Made by a program: the position numbers and the translations under genes. The notes under the pieces were generated by a model. That model had not been told where the DNA came from, ran no database searches, and saw nothing but the letters and a program-made list of their open reading frames with translations. Positions 45,895-54,483 of a stretch of 64,000 nucleotides of DNA are shown one piece after another. The DNA is from a virus (lineage: Duplodnaviria; Caudoviricetes), in the IMG/VR virus record IMGVR_UViG_3300011335_000487, positions 1,701-65,700 of that record; one strand, written 5' to 3'. Numbering within the stretch: position 1 is the stretch's first letter; every line of letters starts with the position of its first letter.

Positions 45895-47451
45895 TTACTT
45901 GATTACTTCTTCGTACAACTTCAACAGCATATTGTGGTCTTGTACTCGTTCTTCGAGTCGCTTGAACATCTTGCGCTCGATCTCACTTCCTTGCAAGTGT
46001 ATTACCGTAACTTTTGTTGAGTCCTGCCCGATACGATCTGAGCGTGCAATACATTGTGTGTACGTCTCAACCGACATCACCGGACCGTAGAACACGACTG
46101 TGTCAGCCGCTGTCAGGGTGACTCCATGTGATGCAGCTTGTGGCTGTATCACTAGCACGCGAGGGCTCGCTGTCTCCTGAAACTGTTTGAATATCTTGGT
46201 GCGCTTAGTCACACTCACGTCACCGTGAATAACGTCAGCGTCTATGTTGTGCTTGGCGAGGTGTGCCGCGATAGCAGCGATGCTGTGACGGTAGGGGGCG
46301 AACACCAACACCTTACGGCTTGTCTCCTCCATAACTTCTAGCAACACGTTTAAGCGCGGCGCGCAGTCGAACTCCACCACCTCATGCCCGTCCGTGTACG
46401 CTGCACCCGCAGATATCTGCAACAACTTGTTGACCACACCCGCTGCGTTGATAGCCGTGATGGTCTCACCCGCAGCACTCACAAGCATCTGTTCCTTGAG
46501 CATGCGGTAGTACTTCACCTGCTGCGCTGTGAGCGGTATGTCGCGGGTCTCTGTAAGCACTGGTGGTAAGTCGGTGCACTCCTCCTTGGTGTAGCGTATG
46601 GCAGGTTGTAGCGCATCGAACACGAGCTCACTCGACCCTTCCTTGGGAGCCCACTTAAACATCGTGATTTTGTTCATCACTTTGTCTCGCCACGCTGTAG
46701 CAAACTTGGGTACTTTAGTAGGGTTAACAAGTCTAGCTAACCCATACGCATCTAGTGGGGACTGCGAGGCGGGTGTGCCCGTCATCATCCACAAGAGCGT
46801 GTCAGGCGTGAGTATGCTGTTGAGCGACTTCCATCTCTTTGTAGACACGTTCTTGTACGCGTTGGCTTCATCGACAATCACGAGGTCGAACCGACCATCG
46901 TTAGCTATCTCCTCGGCGATGAGGTTCAAGCCATCGTAGTTGACGATAACAAACTCATAGTCACCCTGCACCATCTCGATACGCCGCGATGCTTGCGAGT
47001 GATGCGCTGCGATAGCAGAGCGGTGAATGACGCTCTTGGCGATACCACTCATCCACGCATCGTGCATGATGGACAGAGGGCACAGCACAAGACAACGCCG
47101 CACTTTATTGAGTGACATGAGGTAGTCAGCCGCCCACAACGCAGAGAGCGTCTTACCAGTTCCGGGGTCGTTAAACACGAACGCTCGGCGGTGTAGTGTC
47201 AAGAACGATGACGTGTCGATCTGATGCGCAAACGGTTTGTGCTTGCCCGGCCACTTGTAGCGAGTTGTTATGGGCGACTGAATATCTTTGAGCCCCAGAT
47301 TGCGCAACACCCGCGCTTCATCTAAGCCCCAGTACACCGCCATCTCAAACACGCCGTTGTTCTCAGCGAGTATCTTGCTCTTAGGGATAATGCTGTACTT
47401 GGTGGGTTGCCGTGTCTTAAAGAGTACGGCTTTGTTATCGAGGATGTGCAT
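45895..47451 (-). CDS. SNF2/SF2 helicase
   Basis: PGTGKT, IVDEA, MTGTP, HGVTLTAA, ARSDRIGQ. Confidence 0.9.
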   Translation of the reverse strand: MHILDNKAVLFKTRQPTKYSIIPKSKILAENNGVFEMAVYWGLDEARVLRNLGLKDIQSPITTRYKWPGKHKPFAHQIDTSSFLTLHRRAFVFNDPGTGKTLSALWAADYLMSLNKVRRCLVLCPLSIMHDAWMSGIAKSVIHRSAIAAHHSQASRRIEMVQGDYEFVIVNYDGLNLIAEEIANDGRFDLVIVDEANAYKNVSTKRWKSLNSILTPDTLLWMMTGTPASQSPLDAYGLARLVNPTKVPKFATAWRDKVMNKITMFKWAPKEGSSELVFDALQPAIRYTKEECTDLPPVLTETRDIPLTAQQVKYYRMLKEQMLVSAAGETITAINAAGVVNKLLQISAGAAYTDGHEVVEFDCAPRLNVLLEVMEETSRKVLVFAPYRHSIAAIAAHLAKHNIDADVIHGDVSVTKRTKIFKQFQETASPRVLVIQPQAASHGVTLTAADTVVFYGPVMSVETYTQCIARSDRIGQDSTKVTVIHLQGSEIERKMFKRLEERVQDHNMLLKLYEEVIK

Positions 47452-47785
47452 AGTGAGGTTCTTCTCTTAGGTAGTACGCTTCCGTGGTTTTGTCGTAATC
47501 TAAATATCCTGCTATTGCTAGCCTTTGCCCTACGGCTTGCAAGTAGTTGTCTTGTTCAAGTATGCCTTCATCGTGGATTGTTGTTGATGGCACTACCTCA
47601 CCAAAACGTGCAAGCCAGATGTTGTACAACGCACTCATCGGAACTTTTGATACTTCATCGTTGTAAATGTTTTTATCCATTTTGTTGTGAAACCAAGTTG
47701 CAGGGTCGCCGTAGTACTGATCAGAAAATATTTTGTCGAGTCCGGGCAACAGTTCTTTAAGTAGCTGCGCTCTGCTGATTACCAT
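47435..47785 (-). CDS. Hypothetical protein with MCP-like N-terminal 20 aa
   Basis: MVISRAQLLKELLPGLDKIF vs MCP MAISRSQLLKELLPGLNALF. Confidence 0.75.
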   Translation of the reverse strand: MVISRAQLLKELLPGLDKIFSDQYYGDPATWFHNKMDKNIYNDEVSKVPMSALYNIWLARFGEVVPSTTIHDEGILEQDNYLQAVGQRLAIAGYLDYDKTTEAYYLREEPHYAHPR

Positions 47786-47787
47786 AG

Positions 47788-48240
47788 CTACTCAATGATC
47801 CGGTACACAGGCAACGAGATTTGCGTGAGGTGATGCGTTTCCATCTTCTTTGCTTTTATCAATCGCGCTACCGCAACTTTATAGAACTCATCAAGCTCAG
47901 GATGCTGCACCCACTTGCTGCCGTACTTAACGAGCCATAGGTTTTCGAGTTCTGATATTGCCGCAGCCCACGCGCCTTCTTCTAAGTTTACCGGTGGCGC
48001 AGTATCTCCATTACCTGCGTAGAACACTTGCCCCATACCTTGCGTATTCATTGCACCAAGAGCTTTTTGCCCCATGCCTTGTGTGTTTTGATACGGGCTA
48101 AGATACCCGCCTGTAGTTCTTAGTTTTTCTTGTTCTGCCCTAAGCTGATCAAGATGCTCTTCGAATTGGTTTTTCTCAAGCTGCTGTTGATGCCCTCGCA
48201 GTAAATCGTACGCGTACCTGCCTATTGCTTTTATCTTCAT
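47788..48240 (-). CDS. Hypothetical protein, C-terminus similar to that of 47435-47785
   Basis: ISELENLWLVKYG vs MSALYNIWLARFG. Confidence 0.7.
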   Translation of the reverse strand: MKIKAIGRYAYDLLRGHQQQLEKNQFEEHLDQLRAEQEKLRTTGGYLSPYQNTQGMGQKALGAMNTQGMGQVFYAGNGDTAPPVNLEEGAWAAAISELENLWLVKYGSKWVQHPELDEFYKVAVARLIKAKKMETHHLTQISLPVYRIIE

Positions 48241-48261
48241 ATCATTTCCTTGGTGGGTTGA

Positions 48262-48528
48262 TTACTTCAAGCTACTGTCTTTGTTACGCTTAACCGATCT
48301 GTTAGTGCTTGCCGGTACTGCGCGTAAGTTACCGCGAGTTGTTGTGCCACCTTTGCTTAGCGGTGTCTTGTGATCGACATCTTTGCCATCGCCCTTGTGC
48401 ACAACACCTTCACGTTCTAACATGCGCCGCGCTTTGTTACGCTGCGCTCGTTTCTTCTTTACCATTTCCGTGCCATCGTATTGCGCGTACTCCTTTGCAT
48501 ACGGGCGAGGTTTGTTGACATAGGGCAT
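48262..48528 (-). CDS. Small HNH-motif protein
   Basis: KDVDHKTPLSKGG...NLRAVPASTNRS. Confidence 0.8.
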   Translation of the reverse strand: MPYVNKPRPYAKEYAQYDGTEMVKKKRAQRNKARRMLEREGVVHKGDGKDVDHKTPLSKGGTTTRGNLRAVPASTNRSVKRNKDSSLK

Positions 48529-48558
48529 AACGCCTCCAAAAAAGATTGATGACCGACA

Positions 48559-49224
48559 CTAGTGCTTCTTGTTGAACTCACAACTGCGTACAGGACACCA
48601 CCCACAAAGCGGTGTTTGTGTTGGGTTCCATACGTTTGCATCGACTGACTGCGCTAATCTAGCGACCCGCTCGCGGTACTTCCACCAATGTTCCTCGGCT
48701 TCGTCACGCGACATTTTATGCTTTACTATAGAGTCTTTCACGACAAAGAGCAATGCTGAATTGACCTGCCTGATGTGCGGGAAGTGCACGAACACCATCA
48801 AGGTCATGAGGATCAACTGGTCGCGATCAGGGTACTTGTCGTTGCCTGTCTTGTAGTCGAACACCCACGCCTTGAGCCCATCATCGTCAATGATCAACAG
48901 GTCAGCAATACCGCGCACCCACACGTTCTCGTCCTTAAACCCGCAGGGGCGCAAGTCTTCGGTGATACCCATCTCGTGCTCGGCGAGCTTGCGCCCTTCC
49001 TTCTTCATGAGCGAGTCTAGTACAGGCTGCATGTACGCGAACTCAGGGGGCAACGGCTTCTTAACCTTGACGTACAACTCAGCGTGCTCATGTGCTTGTT
49101 TACCGTAGATCGTATGTACTGTGTCTGTGAACGGGTAGTTCTTCAACACCTTGATCTCGTGATAACGTCTTGCACAGCCCTCGTAGTCTTTTAGACCGGA
49201 GTGCGACCACTTGAGTTTATTCAT
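48559..49224 (-). CDS. Cas4-like PD-(D/E)XK exonuclease
   Basis: WSHS...C, RGIADLL, DYKTG, CGWCPVRSC Fe-S ligand pattern; start at MNKLKW. Confidence 0.85.
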   Translation of the reverse strand: MNKLKWSHSGLKDYEGCARRYHEIKVLKNYPFTDTVHTIYGKQAHEHAELYVKVKKPLPPEFAYMQPVLDSLMKKEGRKLAEHEMGITEDLRPCGFKDENVWVRGIADLLIIDDDGLKAWVFDYKTGNDKYPDRDQLILMTLMVFVHFPHIRQVNSALLFVVKDSIVKHKMSRDEAEEHWWKYRERVARLAQSVDANVWNPTQTPLCGWCPVRSCEFNKKH

Positions 49225-49481
49225 TTTGGGTTCCATAATTTCCATTCGTCTATCCACCGTATAACTGTATATACGTTTTGAGTAAACGCGGGCTTAGCTA
49301 GTGGATGTATAGGTGTGACATTGTTGTTTGCGATGCCTACGCGTAGGGGCGTGTTAATCCACGGCGCAATTTTTTCAATTCTAAACAAGCCCTTATCGTA
49401 CGTGATAGGCACGCCCTGTATCTCACACAGGTCGAGCACCGCTTGCACTTCAGGACTTAAACTTGGCTGTTGTGATTGCAT
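49221..49481 (-). CDS. Hypothetical protein
   Basis: ORF track; stop overlaps the nuclease start; start uncertain. Confidence 0.5.
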   Translation of the reverse strand: MQSQQPSLSPEVQAVLDLCEIQGVPITYDKGLFRIEKIAPWINTPLRVGIANNNVTPIHPLAKPAFTQNVYTVIRWIDEWKLWNPK

Positions 49482-49749
49482 TGGTTAGCCTATCAGAAAA
49501 CATTGAGACGAAGTTCTCGTTGTGGTACAGGTCAGAGCCCATGTCCTCTAGTATGGCGTGAGTAAGCTCATGCCAAAACGTATTGAACTTCTGCTTGGGT
49601 GTGAACTTACATGACGCCCCCTGACTTGCAATCAACATCTCTTTGTATTCGTAAGTAACGCAGCCTCGGTTGTATCCATCTCTTAATTGCTTTACACGCG
49701 TTACCGTATACCAGTCCTCGCCTACTTTAACCTTGGTGGGTATCTTCAT
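49450..49749 (-). CDS. Small HExxH metallopeptidase-like protein
   Basis: TFWHELTHAIL...NENFV. Confidence 0.7.
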   Translation of the reverse strand: MKIPTKVKVGEDWYTVTRVKQLRDGYNRGCVTYEYKEMLIASQGASCKFTPKQKFNTFWHELTHAILEDMGSDLYHNENFVSMFSDRLTNAITTAKFKS

Positions 49750-50378
49750 TTTGCTTCTCCTTTAATTGCGTTGGTTACTGAAAATCCTTGTTTAACGCGC
49801 CGATAAAAAGTACTTTTGTTAGTGCCGTAGCGCGCAAGCCATTCTGTCAAACTAAGAACAACACCATCTACATTTATTAAGCGCACGCGCGAAGAGTTGT
49901 ACACCTGCTCTTTCCGTGTTGCCCATTTACAGTTGTTCGGCGTGTAATCTCCATCGTTGTTTATCCTGTCGAGTGTGTGCCCTTTAGGCGGCACCCCCAT
50001 ATCTGTTAAAAAATTTTTAAAACTTTTATCCCACCGTTCACAGACTTTTATACCGCGCCCACCGTACCGATGGTAGTCTTTACGGTTTTTGTTTTTGCAC
50101 CTGTCTCGCATTGCTTGCCACACGCCGTATGCTTTGTTTGAGTACCCCGTAATCCGCGAGTTTGACATTCCATGCGTTCTTGAGTTATCCCCAAGAACGT
50201 TTCTTTTTAAACACCCGCAAGATTTGTTATTGCCGCTCGCGAGTCTGTGCCAGCGAACTACGACTTTAGTGCCGCACTCGCAGACACACGCCCAATTTCC
50301 AGAGGACACTTCGCCCACCGTAGTTAGACGCCCAAACACTTCATTTGATGTCACCGTACCTATCACCAAAACCTCCAT
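49746..50378 (-). CDS. HNH-type homing endonuclease
   Basis: CECG...SCGC, WQAMRDRC, YGGRGI, TLDRINNDGDYTPNNCKWAT. Confidence 0.85.
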   Translation of the reverse strand: MEVLVIGTVTSNEVFGRLTTVGEVSSGNWACVCECGTKVVVRWHRLASGNNKSCGCLKRNVLGDNSRTHGMSNSRITGYSNKAYGVWQAMRDRCKNKNRKDYHRYGGRGIKVCERWDKSFKNFLTDMGVPPKGHTLDRINNDGDYTPNNCKWATRKEQVYNSSRVRLINVDGVVLSLTEWLARYGTNKSTFYRRVKQGFSVTNAIKGEAK

Positions 50379-52308
50379 CAGCAGCTAAGGGTATTCCGGG
50401 CATGTACCACGGATCGGCGGTCATACACTCAACAACAAACTTATATGCGTCTTCCGCTTCGTCTTCTGGGCATATGATACAACACTCGTCATGTACAGTC
50501 AACACGCACTTGTAGCGTTCCTGTATCCTTAACATGCCGTCCGTCATGACGCACCTAGCCACAGCTTGCACGATGTTTTCGACAAGCTTGCCGCCATACA
50601 ACTTCTTCTTATGCTCGCCGTACACCCATTGCGTGCGCCCGATAGCATCACTATCCGTAGCACGTAGGTCAGGGTACTTCAAGCTCAAACCACTCGGTAA
50701 TAGTATACGCTCTTTGTCAAAAGTTAAACACTTATATTCGTACGACTTACCCTTAGCGAGGGAGTAACCGATCAGCTCATCGCACAGCCCCCACAGACTC
50801 ACCACAGGCCATGCGCGTGCACGATACTTGTTGATGATGCTTCTAGCTGCGGCTGAGTGGGTGAGAATCTGTTTCAGCTCGTAACGTGTAGGTATGCTGC
50901 CCAACGTGTTGAGGCGTGACTCGTTCTCAAGGAACCAATTGACGTCTGATCGGTTTACACCAAGACGTTTAGCAAAGTCCTTGGAGTACATCGTGGGCGG
51001 CGCGCCTAGAAAGCCCGTCAGAAGCTGCGCTGAAAAGGACGCCCAACCCATCCCGTACCCGCAACCCAGTAGCGCAGACTTCGCGCTTTGCCGTAGATCG
51101 GGGTGGCTCTCTTTGGTGAGGTCAGGGATGCCAAACATCTGTGCGCCGAACGCGGCGTACGCATCCTGTCCAGAGGCGAAAATGTCGAGTAGCTCTTTAT
51201 AGTCTGCAAGATACGCCAGTACTCTAGGTTCAATCTGCGCGAGATCAGCCACCACGAGTTTATATCCTTGCGGGGCTTGGATACTCTTGCGTAAGAACGA
51301 TCCGCGCTTGAGGTTCTGTAGGTTAAGGCTTGACCCTTTGCTTGCTGACCATCGCCCTGTGTGTGCGCCGTAGTAGTTAAGCGGGACAGGTAGCGCGCCT
51401 CTTCCTGCAATATCGAGAAAACGCTGCGCTCGTGTTCGTTCCAACGTGCTTTTGACTTTAAGACGGGCTTCGCACAGTAATGAAATTTCTTCATTGTCGC
51501 TGTTGAGCAGGGATTGGAAAAGCGCGTCATTCTTAGCAAACGCATAAGCTTCTTTGCCTGTCGTCTTACTAACTTTGCGCGGGGGTTCGACCCCAATCGC
51601 AAGCAGTACTTGCGCAAACTGTTGATTACTAGCGAGCGACGCCTCTTCAATTTCAAGCTTCGCAAGAAGACCCTCTCTTTTGTCCTTCTCATCTTCGATG
51701 GCTTCACTTAACATCTCCGCATCAAGCCGTAGTACAGGTTCAGTAAACATCTTCAAGGTCATGTCGATCAAGCGCAGCTCTGACTCAGGGTAGCCGCCCT
51801 CGACCTCGGCATTGAGTCGGTTGAACACCTCCTCACACAAGAACACATCGTGCAAGCAGTACTCAGCAAGCTCTTGCTCTACCTCCTCGGTCAGGCGTGT
51901 CATGCCGTTGGTGTTGTTGACCGCCTTGCCCTTGGGGGGTAGCTCGTATATCTCAGCAAGTTTGGCTAAGCTGTTACCCGCCTCCACCCCACGCAGCGCA
52001 CGCGCCATACTGAGCGAGTCGTAGATGAACAGGGGCTCGACTCCATAGACCCACGATAGGATCGACACATCGAACTGCGCGTTGTGCGCGAGCACAGAGG
52101 TGACAGACCAATCAACAGACTCAGCCCAGTCACGGATATCACAACCTGTTATCCAACGCGCATCGTCCTTACCGTAAGTCTTCACACCAATGCCGAACGC
52201 TGTGAATCGTTTGTCGCGCACATACTCCTCGGTGGTCATCTTCGATAGCGTGTACTCCTTGCTATCCCAACGTGTTTCAAAGTCCACTACGAGCGTGTTC
52301 TCATTCAT
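50341..52308 (-). CDS. polA: DNA polymerase family A with 3'-5' exonuclease
   Basis: DFET and AHNAQFD (exo); DLAQIEPR (motif A); RQSAKSALLGCGYG (motif B); VHDE (motif C). Confidence 0.92.
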   Translation of the reverse strand: MNENTLVVDFETRWDSKEYTLSKMTTEEYVRDKRFTAFGIGVKTYGKDDARWITGCDIRDWAESVDWSVTSVLAHNAQFDVSILSWVYGVEPLFIYDSLSMARALRGVEAGNSLAKLAEIYELPPKGKAVNNTNGMTRLTEEVEQELAEYCLHDVFLCEEVFNRLNAEVEGGYPESELRLIDMTLKMFTEPVLRLDAEMLSEAIEDEKDKREGLLAKLEIEEASLASNQQFAQVLLAIGVEPPRKVSKTTGKEAYAFAKNDALFQSLLNSDNEEISLLCEARLKVKSTLERTRAQRFLDIAGRGALPVPLNYYGAHTGRWSASKGSSLNLQNLKRGSFLRKSIQAPQGYKLVVADLAQIEPRVLAYLADYKELLDIFASGQDAYAAFGAQMFGIPDLTKESHPDLRQSAKSALLGCGYGMGWASFSAQLLTGFLGAPPTMYSKDFAKRLGVNRSDVNWFLENESRLNTLGSIPTRYELKQILTHSAAARSIINKYRARAWPVVSLWGLCDELIGYSLAKGKSYEYKCLTFDKERILLPSGLSLKYPDLRATDSDAIGRTQWVYGEHKKKLYGGKLVENIVQAVARCVMTDGMLRIQERYKCVLTVHDECCIICPEDEAEDAYKFVVECMTADPWYMPGIPLAADGGFGDRYGDIK

Positions 52309-52465
52309 CGTCTTGTGCCTCGTGTTTGACGGTGAGCATTGCGTCTGCTAGTTGATACGCTCTGCGTGCTGTGCTTTTGAAATCATCACGAAAACATTCT
52401 CCCTCTGCCAACAAGCCTTGCAATGCCAGCCCCGCAAACAAGTCCCTCAGTTCTTCATCGTTCAT
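52301..52465 (-). CDS. Small conserved phage protein
   Basis: LRDLFAGLALQGLLA...AYQLADAML. Confidence 0.75.
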   Translation of the reverse strand: MNDEELRDLFAGLALQGLLAEGECFRDDFKSTARRAYQLADAMLTVKHEAQDDE

Positions 52466-52674
52466 TTTGCTTTCTCCGTGACTTCGATTAACTTCTGTAG
52501 GTAGTGCTGCGCCTTCTTCAGGTCCTCGATGCCGCCTTTGTCTTTCCACCTGCTAACGTACTTCACTATGTTGCCCTCAAGATAGCCCAAGTTGTTGGCG
52601 ATGATGTAGTCCCACGGCTGTATAGCTTTGACTGCGTAGTGTGCGCCACCTACCTGTTGTTCATTTGCTTTCAT
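52462..52674 (-). CDS. DUF3310-like protein
   Basis: QVGGAHY...GNIVKYVSRWKDKGGIEDLKKAQHYL. Confidence 0.85.
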   Translation of the reverse strand: MKANEQQVGGAHYAVKAIQPWDYIIANNLGYLEGNIVKYVSRWKDKGGIEDLKKAQHYLQKLIEVTEKAK

Positions 52675-52973
52675 ATCGGATTCCTTAACCATTCTGATGC
52701 TACGTCTGCGTGAGGGATAAAAGCTACTTTGTCGTTACGCATAACAGGCTCTCGCGCATCATCACCGTCACCCCATGCCCATATCTTAGCTACTTGACCA
52801 CGCTTGTTAACTTCGTAGCCGCCGATGTGAATCTTGCTTTGGTGATGCAGATTTTTAAGCGTGTTGATGACAGACTTCTGCGTTCTGCCCGTTAGCTTTA
52901 TTAACGCACTCGCCGTAGCGCGGCTTACCTCTTCCAATGCGCGAGCGACTGTGACATTTGGTGATTCACTCAT
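52671..52973 (-). CDS. Winged-helix-like DNA-binding protein
   Basis: TASALIKLTGRTQKSVINTLKNLH...IHIGGY...WAWG. Confidence 0.6.
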   Translation of the reverse strand: MSESPNVTVARALEEVSRATASALIKLTGRTQKSVINTLKNLHHQSKIHIGGYEVNKRGQVAKIWAWGDGDDAREPVMRNDKVAFIPHADVASEWLRNPI

Positions 52974-53271
52974 TTTTCTTCCTCTGCTCCGCGTACATCC
53001 CCGCACGATAGCCAATCTCGTACGCCTTACGCAGGGTCATCATGCCCAGTTCAATTGCATCAGTATCCGTTATGAAATTCAACGCACTCTCTTGTGCTGC
53101 GCGGCGTATGCTGTCCTCAACCTTCTGCTGTTGGGCGCGTTCAAGCTCGGCAAAGGCTTCGTCTTCTTCGGTCATAGTTTTTGTCCTTGATTTAATCACT
53201 TGTATATGGTCAAACATTTTCTTGCCAAGGTCGTAGAACTCCTTGTCTTTGCCTGTGCTGTTATCTTTCAT
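52966..53271 (-). CDS. Hypothetical protein
   Basis: ORF track, coupled overlaps. Confidence 0.65.
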   Translation of the reverse strand: MKDNSTGKDKEFYDLGKKMFDHIQVIKSRTKTMTEEDEAFAELERAQQQKVEDSIRRAAQESALNFITDTDAIELGMMTLRKAYEIGYRAGMYAEQRKKNE

Positions 53272-53624
53272 TCTTCACCCCTAAATTTACGTTTAATGTC
53301 ATCATCTGCCTCTCGTACTTTCCTGCGGCACTCACGCAAATCGCACCCACGCTCAGGCTGTGCGAGTTTGGGTGGTGCGGTGTAGAGTGGAATTTTGAAT
53401 CGAGTTCCTTCGTGGTTTTCGCTAGAATGTTTGCAAATAAATGTATCCCAATTGCAATCTTTAGCTAGGTCTAAAGCATCTGCATATGCAACAGGCTCTT
53501 GCTCAGGCTGTGCGAGTGCTTGTAATGCTCTATCAATAATCGCACGGTCTTCGTCTGACCCATCAATGCAACACTTGCCGCTAGGATCACAAAGCACGGC
53601 TCTAAGTTGGTCAATCGGACTCAT
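53268..53624 (-). CDS. Hypothetical protein (LAQPEQEPVA...PLYTAP type)
   Basis: ORF track, common phage modular motif. Confidence 0.7.
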   Translation of the reverse strand: MSPIDQLRAVLCDPSGKCCIDGSDEDRAIIDRALQALAQPEQEPVAYADALDLAKDCNWDTFICKHSSENHEGTRFKIPLYTAPPKLAQPERGCDLRECRRKVREADDDIKRKFRGEE

Positions 53625-53865
53625 GCTTCACCTCATCAAGTGCGTAAAGTGGTGTGTTTAAATGCGGGTGTGTTGTTTTATTAAACAGTATTCCTTTGTT
53701 ATCCATGTAGCCCACAGGCTGCAACGCTTTCAGTTCACGCAAATAGTCTTGGCGCACAAGTTCGGCAAAGCGTTCAAGTTCTTGGTCACGAACAATATAT
53801 CCACTACCCAAAAAATATTTTTGGAACCCCGCTTGTTCAGCCAATTCTTTTAATCGTTCGTTCAT
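53611..53865 (-). CDS. Hypothetical protein (MNERLKELAEQAG type)
   Basis: ORF track, start moved to the ATGA overlap. Confidence 0.7.
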   Translation of the reverse strand: MNERLKELAEQAGFQKYFLGSGYIVRDQELERFAELVRQDYLRELKALQPVGYMDNKGILFNKTTHPHLNTPLYALDEVKHESD

Positions 53866-54038
53866 TTGTACACCTCTACTTTGACGCAAACATAAAAATC
53901 CCATTTGCTTGACGCAGAAGGTCTAGTTGAAGCCGCTTGCTTCATAGCCACACAAGCCGCCTCTGTTGCAACTGGCGGCGAGTATTGAAAACCCGAATGA
54001 TACGAAACGTAAGTCATCAAAATCCATGCGGTAATCAT
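53862..54038 (-). CDS. Small hypothetical protein (58 aa)
   Basis: Manual translation MITAWILMTYVSYHSGFQYSPPVATEAACVAMKQAASTRPSASSKWDFYVCVKVEVYK; ATGA overlaps at both ends. Confidence 0.7.
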   Translation of the reverse strand: MITAWILMTYVSYHSGFQYSPPVATEAACVAMKQAASTRPSASSKWDFYVCVKVEVYK

Positions 54039-54277
54039 TTCACACCCCCTGCCATAGCACGGTCAACCTCGTCGTTCATCTGCTGCTCAGTCACCATGAA
54101 CAACTGACTGGTGTACTTGTTTAGCCACCTGTAACGCAGTGCATCTTTAGCTATGCTAGGTGCAAGGCTAGTCACGTTGTTGAGCATTTTATGTAGCGAT
54201 TCAATCTCTGCGTCTTGCAACTTGATGTGAGCGTTAAGCTCGTCAATATGTGTTTGCATTTCACGTTGTTCTTTCAT
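54035..54277 (-). CDS. Coiled-coil protein, paralog A
   Basis: MKEQREMQTHIDEL...GGVK. Confidence 0.7.
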   Translation of the reverse strand: MKEQREMQTHIDELNAHIKLQDAEIESLHKMLNNVTSLAPSIAKDALRYRWLNKYTSQLFMVTEQQMNDEVDRAMAGGVK

Positions 54278-54483
54278 TTCACACCCCCAAGTATCTCAAT
54301 GCTCTTGCGACCCAGTTCCACGGTCACCACACGGCGTAGCCTGATAATCTCGTCTGAGTATTTGACGCAAGTAGACAACAGCGATTTGTTCGATGCTTGC
54401 AAAGATTCAATTTGCTCGGCTTGTTCAATAATGTGACGCTCAAGCTCGTCAATCAGTGTTTGTAATTCTCTATGCTCTTTCAT
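54274..54483 (-). CDS. Coiled-coil protein, paralog B
   Basis: MKEHRELQTLIDEL...GGVK. Confidence 0.7.
   Translation of the reverse strand: MKEHRELQTLIDELERHIIEQAEQIESLQASNKSLLSTCVKYSDEIIRLRRVVTVELGRKSIEILGGVK

Noticed and set aside
51580-51600. GGTTCGA T-loop-like sequence suggesting a tRNA
   Set aside because: Inside polA and no cloverleaf can be built; no tRNA seen anywhere in the window.
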